This document shows positions 14,517 through 28,711 of a stretch of 64,000 nt of DNA, piece after piece. Location of the stretch: positions 218,123,741-218,187,740 of the forward strand of contig CM041465.1 of assembly GCA_023213395.1 (NCBI GenBank), given 5' to 3'. The notes beneath the pieces are model-generated. The model was not told the DNA's origin, did not search any database, and worked only from the letters and a program-made list of their open reading frames with translations. Within the stretch, counting starts at the first letter, position 1. Each line of letters starts with the position of its first letter. Source of the stretch: Cycas panzhihuaensis. Taxonomy: Eukaryota; Plantae; Cycadophyta. The position numbers and the translations under genes were made by a program.

Positions 14517-15354
14517 GGTCCCCACTATGCTCACCAAGGATATTACCTGTAGGAGGGCACATCCTAACATGACCATCAAGGGCATCTTAAAAGACTAGGA
14601 CACTCAAATAACAACCTTATAAGGGAGTCATTCTATGCCTGCAAGTGTTAGAGGGAGGTGTTTATGCCTTTATTAAATCCCTTAAACAAAAATCTCTGAC
14701 TCATTATTAACCTAAGTAGATGGTTTAGATAAGTGAGGTAATAATCTATAGGAGTGAAGAGGGATAATAGAATTAAGATCCTATCTATACAAGAATTAAA
14801 ATGAAACAATGTAAAACATGGAATAGAAAAAAGAAAGCAAATAATAAATAATATGACTTATAGCTCACAAAGCTTAGCTCTATGACTCTAAAGTAAGGAC
14901 TAATTGGAGGTAGATATAAAGGGGGTTAGACCATGTGATTATCCTAGTATAGTAGTAATCTATTAGGGTTAATATTGAAGGAGTTTGGACCCATTTAAAC
15001 TATCTATATCCAACCCACTTTATAATAGCCTCAAGGAAGAATCAATGACCATTATTTATAGTGGTGAAAGGAATTACTTATTCTTTAAATTAGATGCAAT
15101 TGATAGAGAGTGGCTCACCCCTTCCAAGGATTGTGGCCCTAAAAGATGATGTGAAAGAAAGTTGGTGCTAAGGAGCCAAGAACAACTTATGTCTTTAGTG
15201 ATGATAAGTTCTGAAGTAAAGCTAGCTCCTCCTAGGTTGTAAGTATGAACTATGAAAATAAGCATAAAAAGAAAATCAAATAACACTAGAAATAAATAAG
15301 CAAGCTACTAAAATGAAATACATAATCGAGACAAATAAGGAAGGTGTTACTACA
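14517..15354 (-). repeat. Candidate 5' LTR plus PBS of the gypsy remnant
   Basis: Minus strand begins TGTAGTAACACC and ends near ...CCTCCTACA (14548), followed by a TGG...TGGGGA PBS-like motif. The partner LTR is not in the window. Confidence 0.4.
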
Positions 15355-16449
15355 ACTCTTCCTAGTTCTTGTCTAAATCACCTAATATATGATTGGTTTG
15401 CTTGTTCATATAATAACAAAAGGAAAGTATAAAAATCAATGGTAAAATGAACCTTATAAGACTAACTCATTTTAATGATTTAGATATTTACTATTGGTTG
15501 CATAATTCTAATGATAATGTGGGTTAATGTCTTAATCAAACTTATGTGTAATCAGTAGGCAAGTAACCTTTATTGGAATGGTGTTATAGATAAACAAATT
15601 TCTAAATATATAAGAAAGAAGTGGGATAAAATATTAGTATATTGATGAACTTATTTTTGTCAACAATTATTAGACATTTACAAGATTCTTTGTTATCAAC
15701 AATACAAGGAATAAAATAATAGACCACATATCCTCAATAACCCAATATTGAAAAAAAGTGATATAACTAGATGAGAATATGTAACATTCATCTAATCATC
15801 AAACATATGCTTTAAGGATAACATTAGAGAAGATCAAATATAATTGCATATGATTAGTATCACTATATAATCAAATAATTCTACAACTTAATTACATTAA
15901 TAACTAGGAGAAATGAGCTACCTAGAATAATTCCCTAATACAAACTACTAGAATGAAAATTTTAAACTATGGTGATGCATTTAATAGTCAAATCTTAAGA
16001 TTATTGAAGATTTTATTATTGGGTGTTATTAGGAATAAGGATCTTCTCCACAAGTATATGTAACTTATGTGGGAGACAAGAAAGGGGATTAATATGAGCT
16101 TGAAAGAAAGAAAATTTGATGAGAGAAATCAAACAGGAACAAACATAGGAAAAGGCAAAGACACTAAAGAAAAATGAAAAGAAAAGAAAAACATTGGAAA
16201 TACCACATATACTAGTTGGATTTGCAACCCCCTACTCTTTTATTCTTTTCTTTATATCTCCCAATCTTTTATCTCCTTCTCCAACTTAGCTATTATGAAC
16301 AAATCCTTAGTATTAAGGATGTAGATCAACTATGATTGTAAGAAATTATGCAGTTATTACTTTAAATTTCCTTCTTCTTTCTTGGCATATTTTTTTATTT
16401 ATCCTTTATTTCAAATATTTAGGCTTTACCTTTATATTTTAGTGACATA

Positions 16450-19400
16450 TTTTTTTATTACTAAAATGCTAATTGAATCATTGATTGATTATGTATTGTT
16501 ATTTATAGTTATGAAATTAATGGATATTTATTACTTTCATGAAACTGGATTTGATGAAGATGCACTTATCTTTGATGCTACCTCTTTATGAAAAATGGAA
16601 ATTGGGTGTAGATTCGACATTTTAATAACTACTTCCAATCTATACACTTGTTTCTCTAATAGACCAAGCTTTTGATTTTGATGTTCTAAAATACTCCTAG
16701 GTATAGCTTGATGTATTTTCTAGTCCCATACACTTTTAGTCTATTATATAGGCTTAATCTTCATATCAATAGTTACTTATTGCATCAAATTTTCCAATTT
16801 AGCAATGAAAAGTTTAAGGAATTCCTCTTTACCTATAATTTCATCTTTATCTAAAATATCTATGTTTAAATGTTCAGTCTTAGAAGTGACTTTTGTTATA
16901 AAATTCTTTAGGGTGATTTATAGATCCTTATTACTTTTTTCCATTGCTTTTATCCTATCCAACTGAATGTCTAAAATATGTTACCATGTTTGAATAAATG
17001 ACCTATGAAATAAGCCACCATGAGGTTGCTCCAAAGTGACATTATTCTTTAATTAATCAAAGGATCCATCTTATTATAATTCTATAAAATAGATTAATTA
17101 TATTCTAGAACCCATACTTTTCAATCTTTACACCCTCTTGTGTAAGGAGAAGATCCTTTAAATAGCTTTTATAAATGAGGATTCTAAAATCATCCTCTTT
17201 AAAAATTTTATCCAAAAGACTTTTAAGAGACTACAATGCTCTTATAGCAATTAATGTACTTTTTAACACTTCATCTATTTCTAATTTGATACCTTCACTT
17301 AGGACCTATCTAATAGAACCCTCTCAAGCCTCCTTGAGCTAATTTACTCTTTTACTTAATATCATTTTTTTTTTTTCCTTAAAGCTTCATTTTCCTACAC
17401 TACTTTTTGTAATTGGGTTTGCAAGGTAGAGACTTTATCCTTTATCAATTGATTAGCAGCTAAATGTAAGTTAACAAATTCCACAATTGTGTCATCCTTG
17501 GTTGACCATGAAATCATTTTAATTTACTTCTTTCCTTCAGTGATAATCTTTTTTAGATCTTTGTCTTATCTACTCCATTAACAAGATCTTTATTTAGCAG
17601 TTGTATTAAAGATTAAGGCCTAAGTAGATGTCTTTATTAATTACCTAGTATCGATCTGCTTAACAACCCATGGATCGAGTTCCACCCCTACATTTCTTCT
17701 ATACCCTATCTTGAAAGGAAATAATCACTTTACTTGCACTCCTTCCTAAGGATTGTAACTACTTTCTTCTTATTGAAGTAGCTTCTTATTATCTTCTTTG
17801 AATTCTTCATCCTCTTAAGACTTTCTTATGGTTGCCACTGCTTCAACTTAGAGTTCCACAACTTAATTAACTTCTTCTATGGCTTCATTTGGAGAAGTTA
17901 TTAGTTGTAATTTCTCCTTCTTCTTAATATCTTCCTCTAGAATACCAAATGAGGTAAGGGATCTTGTCTTATAAGCTTTAGATCTAGGTGGCTCCTATAA
18001 TAACTATCCTTCCTCATACATATTTCTCATGGGCTTACCAACTTCTTAATGACTATACACTAATTGAATAACTAGAACTAGCTTTGTTGGAAATGCACTA
18101 GGAGAGACTTTAGATAATTTTATAGCTTTGAGATTCCCCCTTTCATATACCACCTTGCTTACCCTTTTCTTATTCTCTCCCTTTATGGCATATTTTAATA
18201 GATTAGTACCATGCTATTCTAGTTCACTTTCTAGAGGTGTTTTTATAGTGGAAATATCTATCATATGTGAGACACTTCCAATTATATTTTTCCTAAAAAA
18301 ATGGGTTGAATTTTATAACTTCTTGGTTTCTATAAGCCTTAAGATTATTAGCTTGGTGTAATGCAATTGTCATCCTAATACTATTTATATATTTAGCCAT
18401 TATTCCATGTGGATCATAACACCTCAGAGGGATTTTCTTCAATGTACATTCTTCTAGTGGTGAACTTGGATGGTGTACTTCCACCCATCCTTGATATTTC
18501 CATAATCTAATAATGGAATTTCTAGATTGATAATGTACCTTTCTAAACTTGGGGTGTAGTCTAACTTTAATTAAGAATAACTGCCTACATGCTTCCATGA
18601 AGAATAACTTAGATGGACCATATTTGGGAAAATAAAAGCAAAACACTTATACCCATATAACCATATGGCTGCATATTTCTCAAACAAGTAAAAATCTCCA
18701 TATTAAGTTCCCTCTATCACTTTTAACTAGTTTTTTACATCCCTATCGATTCTCACTAGAGGATGTAATATGCTAATGATGAGACAATAAAAATTCTTTA
18801 CCAAAAAATACAAAAAGTAAGGTGCCCTAAACTCCTATACCTTTGAAAATTAGAACTGGATAGGAGTACCTTCTGTTTTAGGGTCTTGATGGAGCCTTGC
18901 AAATAGTATTATTCCAAGCATTACATAAATCCAATAAGAGGACATATAAAATAGAGCGCCCTTGTGCACTTCCTTAAGTTATGCAATCATTGTATTACTC
19001 ATGATTTCAGCCTAGTATAGTAAATAATTTCCCTTTAGGCATATAAAAATGATAAATGCATGAATTAAGTTAAGTTAAGATTTGTTAATACAACTAAACA
19101 TATGTTGAACATAGGAGTTTCTTATTCAATACTTTCATTTTATATTCTTGAGGAAGCTTATCATCATGAGAGATTTTTTCTCTTATCTTCCTTTGCCTTG
19201 TACTTTTTTATATATCTTTAAATTGATGGGCTCAATTATTATTTCCCCATAAGCCATCCCTTCCCATATATTCCTTTTGAGAGATACCTTGTTAAGATAA
19301 ACCTTTCTTGTGAGGATCTTCTTTTGCAAGGAATATGTATTATAGGAGATTCTCTAAAAGCTATCTTTTTCAACCTTTTCTCCTTATAACTAAAACATCA

Positions 19401-19750
19401 TGCACACATACTAATTTATACACATATACATGGGCCCAGAAAGAACTACCATTAGAATCACTTCCATTTTTCTTTTTAGTTACTTCCACTCAAATCTATA
19501 AGTACTTTATTACATATACTCTTCATCAAGTCATATTTCTTTGTACACTATGCTCCAATAATCATTGATACTTAATTTCAAATTTTATGGCCCATACTGA
19601 AGGGGGTAATAAAAGGGAAATAAGCAATTTATGAAGTAAAATGAAGGGGGCTTTTCTAGTACTTATAATTAAATCTACTCTAATGTTGAAAGAAAATAAT
19701 ATCTTTCTCTTTTAAAATATAAAGTACACATAATAACAAGCAAGCAAAGA
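16450..19750 (-). pseudogene. Decayed accessory ORF of unknown function, of a type associated with gymnosperm gypsy elements, with a charged/coiled-coil C-terminal half
   Basis: *AEIMSNTMIA*LKEVHKGALFYMSSYWIY (~18930-19020) and, across a frameshift, GDFYLFEKYAAIWLYGY..FPKYGPSKLFFMEACRQL (~18580-18700, ORF 18293-18646). Boundaries approximate. Confidence 0.55.
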
Positions 19751-22700
19751 AATAAAACTGATGAAAATAAAGTGTAAGTATAATACCTCTATTAAAAGAA
19801 AAAATGATTATGAACCTTATAACGACTTAAGAATAACAACTCAAATGAGTCACATCCTATGGAGTGGAGGAGGTTATTTAGATGTTGATTTCTAAGGAGG
19901 GGATTTTCATAAATAAAATGATTGAAATAAGCACAAAGAAAGAGGCAAGCAAATGAAGGAGGGTTTAGAATTTGTTCTTACCTAGAAGTGCTCTATTCAA
20001 ATGCATATACGTTGATTTCTTCCTCCTCCTTTCCATAAAACAAGTTAGCATGAAAACAATAAGAATGATATACTTTTTGATAGAGAGAGTTAGAAAAAAG
20101 CCTCATAGTCAATAGAAATGAAAGAAAGTATAGTTGAAATATAGTTTAAACTAAATATTCATGAAAAATCACAAAAAAATTAGGTAACATCACACCTGTG
20201 ATAATTCTCATAAAAAAAAGAACATTATCAAGCCAAATGTTGCCATAAGCAATATTATCAGATAAAAATATAATATAACAATACAAATCTACTAATTAAG
20301 TAAAAACCAAATTATGAAATCAACTCTAAAATCATGAAAATTGTAGAAATTTTAGTAGTATGGTGAAATATTTGAGAAGGGACTTGAGATAGTAGGTAGC
20401 CAAAACTATGGAAAACTCATTTATGAACCATATATGCTAAAATTTGAGTCATAATCAGGTTTGCATATGATCTAAAAGGCATAATGTATGCTATAAAAAT
20501 TATTTCTATCATTCAAATGGCAATTTTGCATTCACGTAATGAAATGTTTAAATCATAAATGAGAATGGATATTCATGCTTGCATTCTATATTTGTCACCT
20601 ACTATTGGGAACCTAAAAGCCTTATAAATGCTTCCATTACATTCTATGTTAGGTACAACTATGTATAATAGTTGTACCTATGGAAATTTATACAAAAATA
20701 TGAGTATTAAAGCATTATAAGCTACTAACAAGAAGGTTAGTGTATACATAACAAGATAGCAATAATGAATTGGTAAAATAAGTAGTTGCTAATATACTAA
20801 TTGACTTGAAAACCTAAAATCTATGATAAATCATATAAAATTTAGTAACATAATGCTTATAATAATGTAAATCCCATATAAAACATTAGTGATAAGCATT
20901 AGAAATATAGCCAAATTAAGGTTAGTTAACTTTTAGGAAACTAAGAATGAAAATAAGCAAATCCCAATAGTTAGAATGCAATGAAAACTATAAATATACC
21001 TTATGATAATTCTTTACTTAGTTTCATGTAGTGAATTTACTCTAGTTCCTTCTAATAAGTGCTCAAAATGATGGGGAGAAGGTGAATGGTAAGAAGAATA
21101 TAAACATAATGGGTTCTTCTTGTGAGGAAGAACTTAATATAAAATATGCCAAAAATGAGGTTTGAAACTATAGAAACAACTTAAAAGTGCCCAAATAGGC
21201 ATAAATATGACTCCAAATGGCCTCCTACTTAGTCTCTCTCTCTCTCTCTCTCTAAGTATTCCTATGCAAAACTAATCTCTAATAAGCTCTAAATTTGATC
21301 AAGTATGCTCTATGTGCTTTAAAATTTTCTAACGATGACTCTAACTAATTGAATCTATTTATGGACTAAATTAGGCCCATGGTTTTACACAGTATAGGTG
21401 CCCACAATTTTGATCTATTATTTGGATCCAAAAACCACTTTGGAAAACATAAAATCCAAAAAAAATATTTTAAAATTTTTTATTTTTCATGAGTTTTGTT
21501 ATGTTGTATCATCTATTATGATATCATGACAAATTAGAGTAGTATTGTGGTGTATTAAAGTAGCACCATGATGTGTTAGAGAGAGTATTATATTAAATGA
21601 AACCATGGTATATCAATAAATGTTATAGTGTTAAAGTAAAAATTACAAATCAACATCATGGAAAAGTTGACTTGTTGTAGTACCTAGATACATACTATTG
21701 TGGTGTTATAGCAAAGATTATGGTGTTAGAATTATGATCATAATGGGTTAAAAACTCATATAAGAAAAATAAAAGTGATAAAATCAAAGAGGAATTGGTT
21801 TATTAGAGGTGGTTCTAACCTTATAGGAATACTACACATAGGGGGATACCTATCAAATTTTGAAAAGATGATTGAGTAAGGTGTCATTAGAAACTAAAGA
21901 TATATTCAATCACTGCATGTTTTTGATTTCACATCATTAGCAAATTTAAGAAGAAAAAGCTACACATTTTACATGTACCTAGATTAGAAACTGCTTTATA
22001 ATGTTAATCAAATAAAAAAGCATGAGATCATACCTAACCACATCAAGGAATCCTAGAATCTAATAAATAAGAACTAATATGGGTAATGGTTTCTTAATTT
22101 TTTATTTATTTCCTTTTTAATTATAGAATGTAACCCTCCAACTAGTTTGCTTAGTCATTAGTCATAAGGTCATTAACCTTCTAAGCACTTGCTTGTTATT
22201 TATTACTTAATCACTAATAATTAGTTGGATTATTCTTAACTTTCTAGTTGTAAGTTGTATATTACCATTTTATCTATCCATTGGATATTGACTTATTAGT
22301 TATTAGTTAATAAATTCTAATAATTTGATGATGGATTATTAATCACTAATCTTTTCTTATCATATTCCTTCACTTGTATCTACTTCTAATTCCAATAAAA
22401 AATAAGCATTCCTTATACAATGATGATGACCTTCATTATTGTATTATGAATTTCTAAAATTTCACTCTTTAGTTATTTTCTTATATATCATTTTCTTGAT
22501 TAGGGCAACTAGACTTTCCCATTAATCTCAAAGAGTTCTAGGTATCCTTGTTGAGTCATCATTTCCTTTGTTTTGAGTATGCTATTTAAGAAAATCATCT
22601 AAGATCTGTACACTATGTACTATTGGCCAAACAACAAGCTATAATATCAAAATAATATAATGAACAAGAAAAAGACAAGTAAAATCATAGGCAAATTAGT

Positions 22701-22984
22701 CATCATGTGAGGCTCAATTTGGGTAGAGCTTCCACATACAATTTAAAATCATGTACAAATGAATAGTTTGGGGCTTAATTTATAAGCAATCCATCAATAT
22801 TTCCAATGATATAATTGGCTGACTAAGTAGCACATTCGACAAACTTGACCTAATTATCAAACATAATTAATTTAATAATGTGAGTCACCTTAGGGTGCAA
22901 AATACATATGATGTACATAAAATTAACATATATTACAAAGAAATGAAGGTGATATGACAAAGTTTTAACACTCTCCCTTAATGG

Positions 22985-25900
22985 AAACTTCATTTCTTCT
23001 AATATCGAGGTCATGTCAAAACTATTCAAACTTCAATTTACTAAGTGCTTTAGTAAAGATGTCTATAACCTGGTCCTGAGTTGGTCAGTGAACTCGGTTG
23101 ATGAAGCCATCAGGAGTTCATTGCAAGTGACCTTCTTTTGTGAGATTTCCATTTAGGAAGGTTCTCTTTAATACCATCTAAGTTTTATGACACTCAATAA
23201 GGCCATTGACATAAAATCTTGCTTTATAAAGCCTTCTACAATTAACTAACTTCTTTCCAATTAGTACATCTATTAGCTCATAAGTGTTATTTCTGATGAT
23301 GGAGTTTGTCTCTTCATCCATAGTTGCTTTTTAAATTTGGTCTTTGACTGCCTCTTCAAATGTGGAAGGTTCAAGTGTTTTAAGGACACATGCCATTAAG
23401 GCAAAAATTATGGAGTGTCTCATTTTTTAAGACCTTTTGGTAGCTATGGGAGGAGGAGGAGTATCCTTTAATAACTATTGAACCTACTTAAGAGGTGGTT
23501 AAATGCTAGTAGCTTCCCCCTAAAGCTCATCAACTAAAATAGGTGACAAGGTTGTACTTGCTTATGTTGTTGATGTAGAGGCTACTAGAATTGATGAAGG
23601 ACCTAGAGTGTAAGAGGAGGTTGATACTAGTGACCTTAGAATTTATCTAAGAGGCACTTGTGGTGTATTAACTTCATCTACTGCTATAATATGAGTTTAA
23701 GATAGAGTCAGGTCTTGTGTATCCTCTACAAATATTACATCTCAAGTTATGTATGCTTAGTTTGTAATAGTATCAAACACTTTGTAGGCTTTGAAATTAA
23801 GTACACAGCTAAGGAAGATGTATTTTAGGCTTTTATTATCAAGCTTCTTTCTGTTCTCCTTTGGAATAAGTTTATATGCCATGCATCCAAAAATCTTCAA
23901 GTATGCAATAATTGGTTTTTGACTTGACTAAGCTTCTCTAGGAGTAATATTCCTAACCATAATTGTGGGACTTATGTTGTTAGGTATACAACTATGGCTA
24001 TGGCATCATCTTAAAATTTGGTGGTAAGATTAGTGGCACTAAGCATGGCTTTTCCTTTATTCACCAATGTCTAGTTCATCCTTTTGGTTACACCATTTTA
24101 TTGTGGTGTGCGAGGATCTGAAAATTGATATTAGATGCCATGTTCCTTGTAAAAGTTATTGAACTGATTAGAGATACACTCACCACCATTATTAGATTTA
24201 AGGGTCTTAATTCTCATAATACTTTTATTTTCAATTGTAGCTTTAAACTCTTTGAATTTATCTAGGGCTTGATACTTATTTCTCAACAAGTAGACCCACA
24301 CTTCCCTTGAGAAGCCATCTATGAATGTGATGAAATATAGGCTCCCATTAAGTGATTAGACTGATATGGACCTACAAATATCTGAGTGGACTAACTCTAA
24401 TGGTTGTGAGACTTCCCATGCATTCTTGGAAGAGAAATTTTCTCTTTGCTACTTTCCCTTAGGCATGTCTCATATATGTTACTGTATCTCTTATTTTTAG
24501 GTAATCCATGGACCATTTAAATCCTAGATATAAGGTTCAAGCTTTGCATATTTAAGTGACTAAGGTGTTCATATCATAATTGGTCTTTGAAGCTATTTGA
24601 GGTGACAATGTCCTTTGAATATGAGCATTCACTTGGTTCCTAGATATAAGGGGACTCTTCAATAATTACATCTTTCGCCTTATCGAGTTGAGTTATATTA
24701 GCGATTGAGTAGGATTCATTTTATTGAGTAGTAGTAAGGGGGACACCATCCAACTTGTATAAACCACCATCTTCATGTTCTGTGGCAACAAGTTTATTAG
24801 TTGCATGATCTATAATTTTACAAGTGCCCTAGATAAAGAGGACATCTAGATTCTACTTATCCATCTAGATAATGAAGAGCGGGTTCATCTTCATTCATGG
24901 AACAAGGAACACATTGTTGATATGGTGCTTGATATTGGAATCTTTTAATGCTATTAGAGCCCTACTAGTTTTGGTTACATCATATGTCAAATTATCACCA
25001 AATGCGATTGTTTGGATGCTTATTGGGTAGGTCTCTTTTAACATCTTTTCTAATCTAGTCATATATCTAGTTACACATAAATCAAGGAGCCATACATTGT
25101 TGTTAAGATGAGAAGCCAATGTTATAAAGAATAGATTATGAGAGGAGGAATCCTAGGTGTCTCCCACATTACCTCCTTATTGTTGAATATTTTGCTGGTT
25201 CCTTTGACTTTAGTTAGGGAATTGCTGCATATTCTGTGGTCTTTGACTTTGAGTAGGTCTTGGATTCTAATTCTATTAGTAAAATTGGCCTTGTGGTTGA
25301 AATGATGGCCCTTCTTATGGATAGAAAGGGCCTCCTTGTTGTGAGATAAGGCCACCTAGTTGGTAATAGGAGACTCATTATTACAAAATAGGGCCTCCTT
25401 GTTGTGGAAAAGGAGCTTCTTGTGGAGGGCATGTTCCTCCTTATTAATAGTTTTGCCTTTATTGATGGTAGCTTAATCCACCTTGTTGATAAGAGGGTGC
25501 TCTCTATTGATATAATGGGGCTGTTGGTTGATAATATGAGGCAGCTTGTTAGAATCTAGGCCCATAAGATTAGCTTCCTTGATTTTGTAAGAGTTGTATA
25601 TAAGCTTGATGTCTCTTACATTCAATAACTAGATGACCATTTTTTCCACAGTAAAGGTAGGTGACATTTAGTCTACTCTACTAGTTCTTTTATGGTTGAG
25701 ACTATGGTTGTTATTGGGGCTACTGTGGCTACTGACTTGGATTGGAGGAGGTGCCAACTAGTTGTTATTACTACTGATTTAGTTGTTGAAGTGGCTCTTA
25801 AGTGATGTTAAGAGAGTCTAATTGTTAAGCAAGGTTATGGAGTTGACTTAGTTGCTGAGCTATCCTTTGTATAATCTTAACTTTTTCTAGATTACAGGTT

Positions 25901-26540
25901 GCAATAATAGGTGTTGAGTTAGATGTGTATATAAACCCAAGTCAATTGAGTATGTTCTCTTCTCATAGAAAGAGCCCCTCAAAGGTCATGAAGTCTATTT
26001 TTAAGTTTAATAGCAAAGGAATTATATTCCATGGGTTAAATATTTATAATGCTAGATATGAGGTCATGATCTGAAGGTGGTTCACCTAAGATTATCAATT
26101 GGTTCCTAATGGTTTTAACTTTAGTCAAGTGAGCTATAATAGTGCTTACAAAAGGGATGGAAAATAGGTAATCTTTAAGGATTAATGATTTAGATTCATC
26201 CTTTCTCTCATAGAGGGTGCAAAGAATAGTCCATGCCTCATGAGATGTTTAGGTTATTTCAATATTTTGGTTTACTTGGTCTTCAACAGCCAAATGGAGG
26301 AAGGATAAAGAAATATTATCTTTATCTTTTAAGTTAGCTAAGGCTATAGGATCATGAGGAATTAATGTGTTAGGGTTATTAGGGTCTTTTATAGGCCTAG
26401 ATAGGGGTATGTCAACATTTACATAGGCCTAAAAGTCATTTATGATAAGTAGATTTTTAACTTATTTTTTTCTATGGTATGAAGTTATTGATACCATTAA
26501 GTTTAATATTGTTGGATAATAGCATTTATGATGCCATTTT
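22985..26540 (-). pseudogene. Copia-2 gag-pol pseudogene
   Basis: VWLLDLCVTRYMT (PR, ORF 24895-25119), LVHSDICR (INT), TFLNGNL (RT), DQVIDIFTKAL (RH end). Homologous to Copia-1. Confidence 0.9.
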
Positions 26541-27220
26541 TTCTAAGTTTTTATTTTGTTTTGTCTTTAAGGTTTATGAAGTTATATATTAATCTACCTA
26601 AGGGGCTGCTAATCTAGAATTCTAAGTCTCAAGGATCTCCAAGAAAGTTCTCGATTATTATCTTATCTAGTGGTATCTACCCATAAGTGGTAAATCAAGG
26701 AACCTATATACTAGTATATGAGCTTAAGGATCTATATACCTTAATACATGGGCTACAATAAAGGTCCAAGATCACCCTAATTTATTTTCTCACATACACC
26801 GAACTTATGCCTAGCGATAGATCTAGTAGTAAGAACTTAACCAATCGAGGCACTCAACCCCTCTAGGTCTAGTCTAGTCTCCAAACTCTAATGGTAAGGT
26901 TTACACCTCAGCCTACCACCTATTATACCTTATAGCTAATGGTTTTCTTAACAAATTAGAGTACACTAATGGTGTGCATAGGGTGGTAACTTTAGGGGTC
27001 ATGATAGTTCCCTTTACAAGGTTGGAATAAGGGTGATTAATTAGGTAGTTATCTTTTCTAATATGAGAATATTGATTTTATGGTATGAGTTATTATAAGA
27101 AAAAGGTTATTTTTAAGCAAAATAACTAAAATATAAGATGAAAATAAAGGAAATTAAAAGACAAGGATGAGTTTAGAGTGCTCTTTGATTAGGCATGTAC
27201 ATGAGAGAGTCACATCAATC

Positions 27221-27313
27221 TTCCAAGAGCAACACTTACAAAAAAACCAACACCAGCCTTAAAAAACTTTCAAGAGTAACACCTACAAAAAAACCAACAC
27301 CAGCCTTAAAAAA
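27221..27313. repeat. ~47-bp direct tandem duplication in the Copia-2 leader
   Basis: CAAGAG(C/T)AACAC(T/C)TACAAAAAAACCAACACCAGCCTTAAAAAA occurs twice. Confidence 0.9.
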
Positions 27314-28711
27314 TAGAATAAGATAGTTGATTAAAGATTACTAATAACATAAATCAACAAAGCTTTTGAAAAACTGAAATAAGCATTTAAAAAGAGAGAA
27401 AAAGGTCAAATATGCTCAAATACCAAGGTTAATTTTGATAGCTTATAACTTCAATAAAATGGCTCTAAATCTAAATCTTATCCCATGTTATAGATATCTA
27501 AATAGTCCAAACAATTTGGAAATTAGACTCTCAGTTGCAGAGTTATAGCCAAAAAAATGTAGGTACCCTATTATGAGAAAAAACCTTAAGAAGGATGGGC
27601 TTAAGCCCCTTCAAAAATCAACCCTAGGTCACCTACATGTTGTATATGACCACCTATTAATATAGCTATGGGGCTTATGGACCCAAAATCTTATCAAAAA
27701 TAATTTAAACTTTTTTATTATGTAAAAATTAACAAAATAACATAAAACTTTTAAAGTTTATATCTTTTAACAAAGATTACAGTCGTATGATTGATTAATT
27801 AGACCAAATCAAGGGCTAAGCCATTGGATTTCTAACAAATATAAAATATACTTTGATTTTATTAATCAATAATTAAAACTTTAGAAAAATAAAATGAATT
27901 TTTTTTTAGAAAAGAGACACCGTGGAGTTTACACAAACTGTGCATAACCACAAACAACCTATGGAGGGAACAAGAGCCTAAGAAACACATAAATCCTTAG
28001 TATTTCATTCTAATATTTATAGAGATGGGATGTAGGAGGCCAATACACCCTAAGAAAGCAAGTTTGATAAAAAAATATATATCTAAATGATTAAAAATGA
28101 GCTACATAAAGGATGGGTACTATGTGAGCTAAACTGGTTGAGAACATGCTTAAGACTACAAAAAACTTATCTAAATGAACTCTAGTAGATTGAGAATGAG
28201 GCTAGATAACCACCAAAGAGGGAAATATATTTTCAACAAGAAGATTTGTTATGATCTAGGGTTAGAATGACTTGAAAATGGACCTTTTTCACCATTATTT
28301 GCTTAAAAATGGAACTCTGAGTAAGTACCACTACACATAGATTGAATATTAGTAGTTTAGGGTTAATATATATTAAGAATGGCCTATACCTCATGTTAAA
28401 ATAGTAGTATACACTAATATCTAAGAGAAAACTAAAGAAATGAGTAGAAATAGGGTGTTATTATAAGGGAATAAGCCTTTATTTTCCAATATTTTCTAAA
28501 AAATCTTCAAACCAGAGTATAAAATAGCTCTAATAGCATGAAAACATCCTCCAAGATCTATAAACTATGCACTACTAGCTACATAATAAGCTACAATATC
28601 AAAATAATACAATGGACAAGCAAAAGATAAGAGAAAAATCATGGGTAAATTGGTCACCATGTGAGGCTCAATTTAGTCAGAGCTTTTATATATAATTTAG
28701 AATAATGTATA

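Larger units (their letters stand above)
1..15354 (-). mobile_element. Decayed Ty3/gypsy (Tat/Ogre-like) LTR retrotransposon remnant, interrupted by Copia-1; left limit outside the window or unresolved
   Basis: Minus-strand gag motif at ~13.0-13.2 kb and aspartic protease at ~11.5-11.8 kb. PBS-like TGGTGAGCATAGTGGGGA on minus at ~14519-14536. Candidate LTR ends at ...GTGTTACTACA (15354). No RT or integrase recognised in 1-3340. Confidence 0.6.

Noticed and set aside
15400-16000. Possible plus-strand gypsy integrase tail
   Set aside because: Only faint motifs (KWDKIL, ELPRIIP); too decayed to call.
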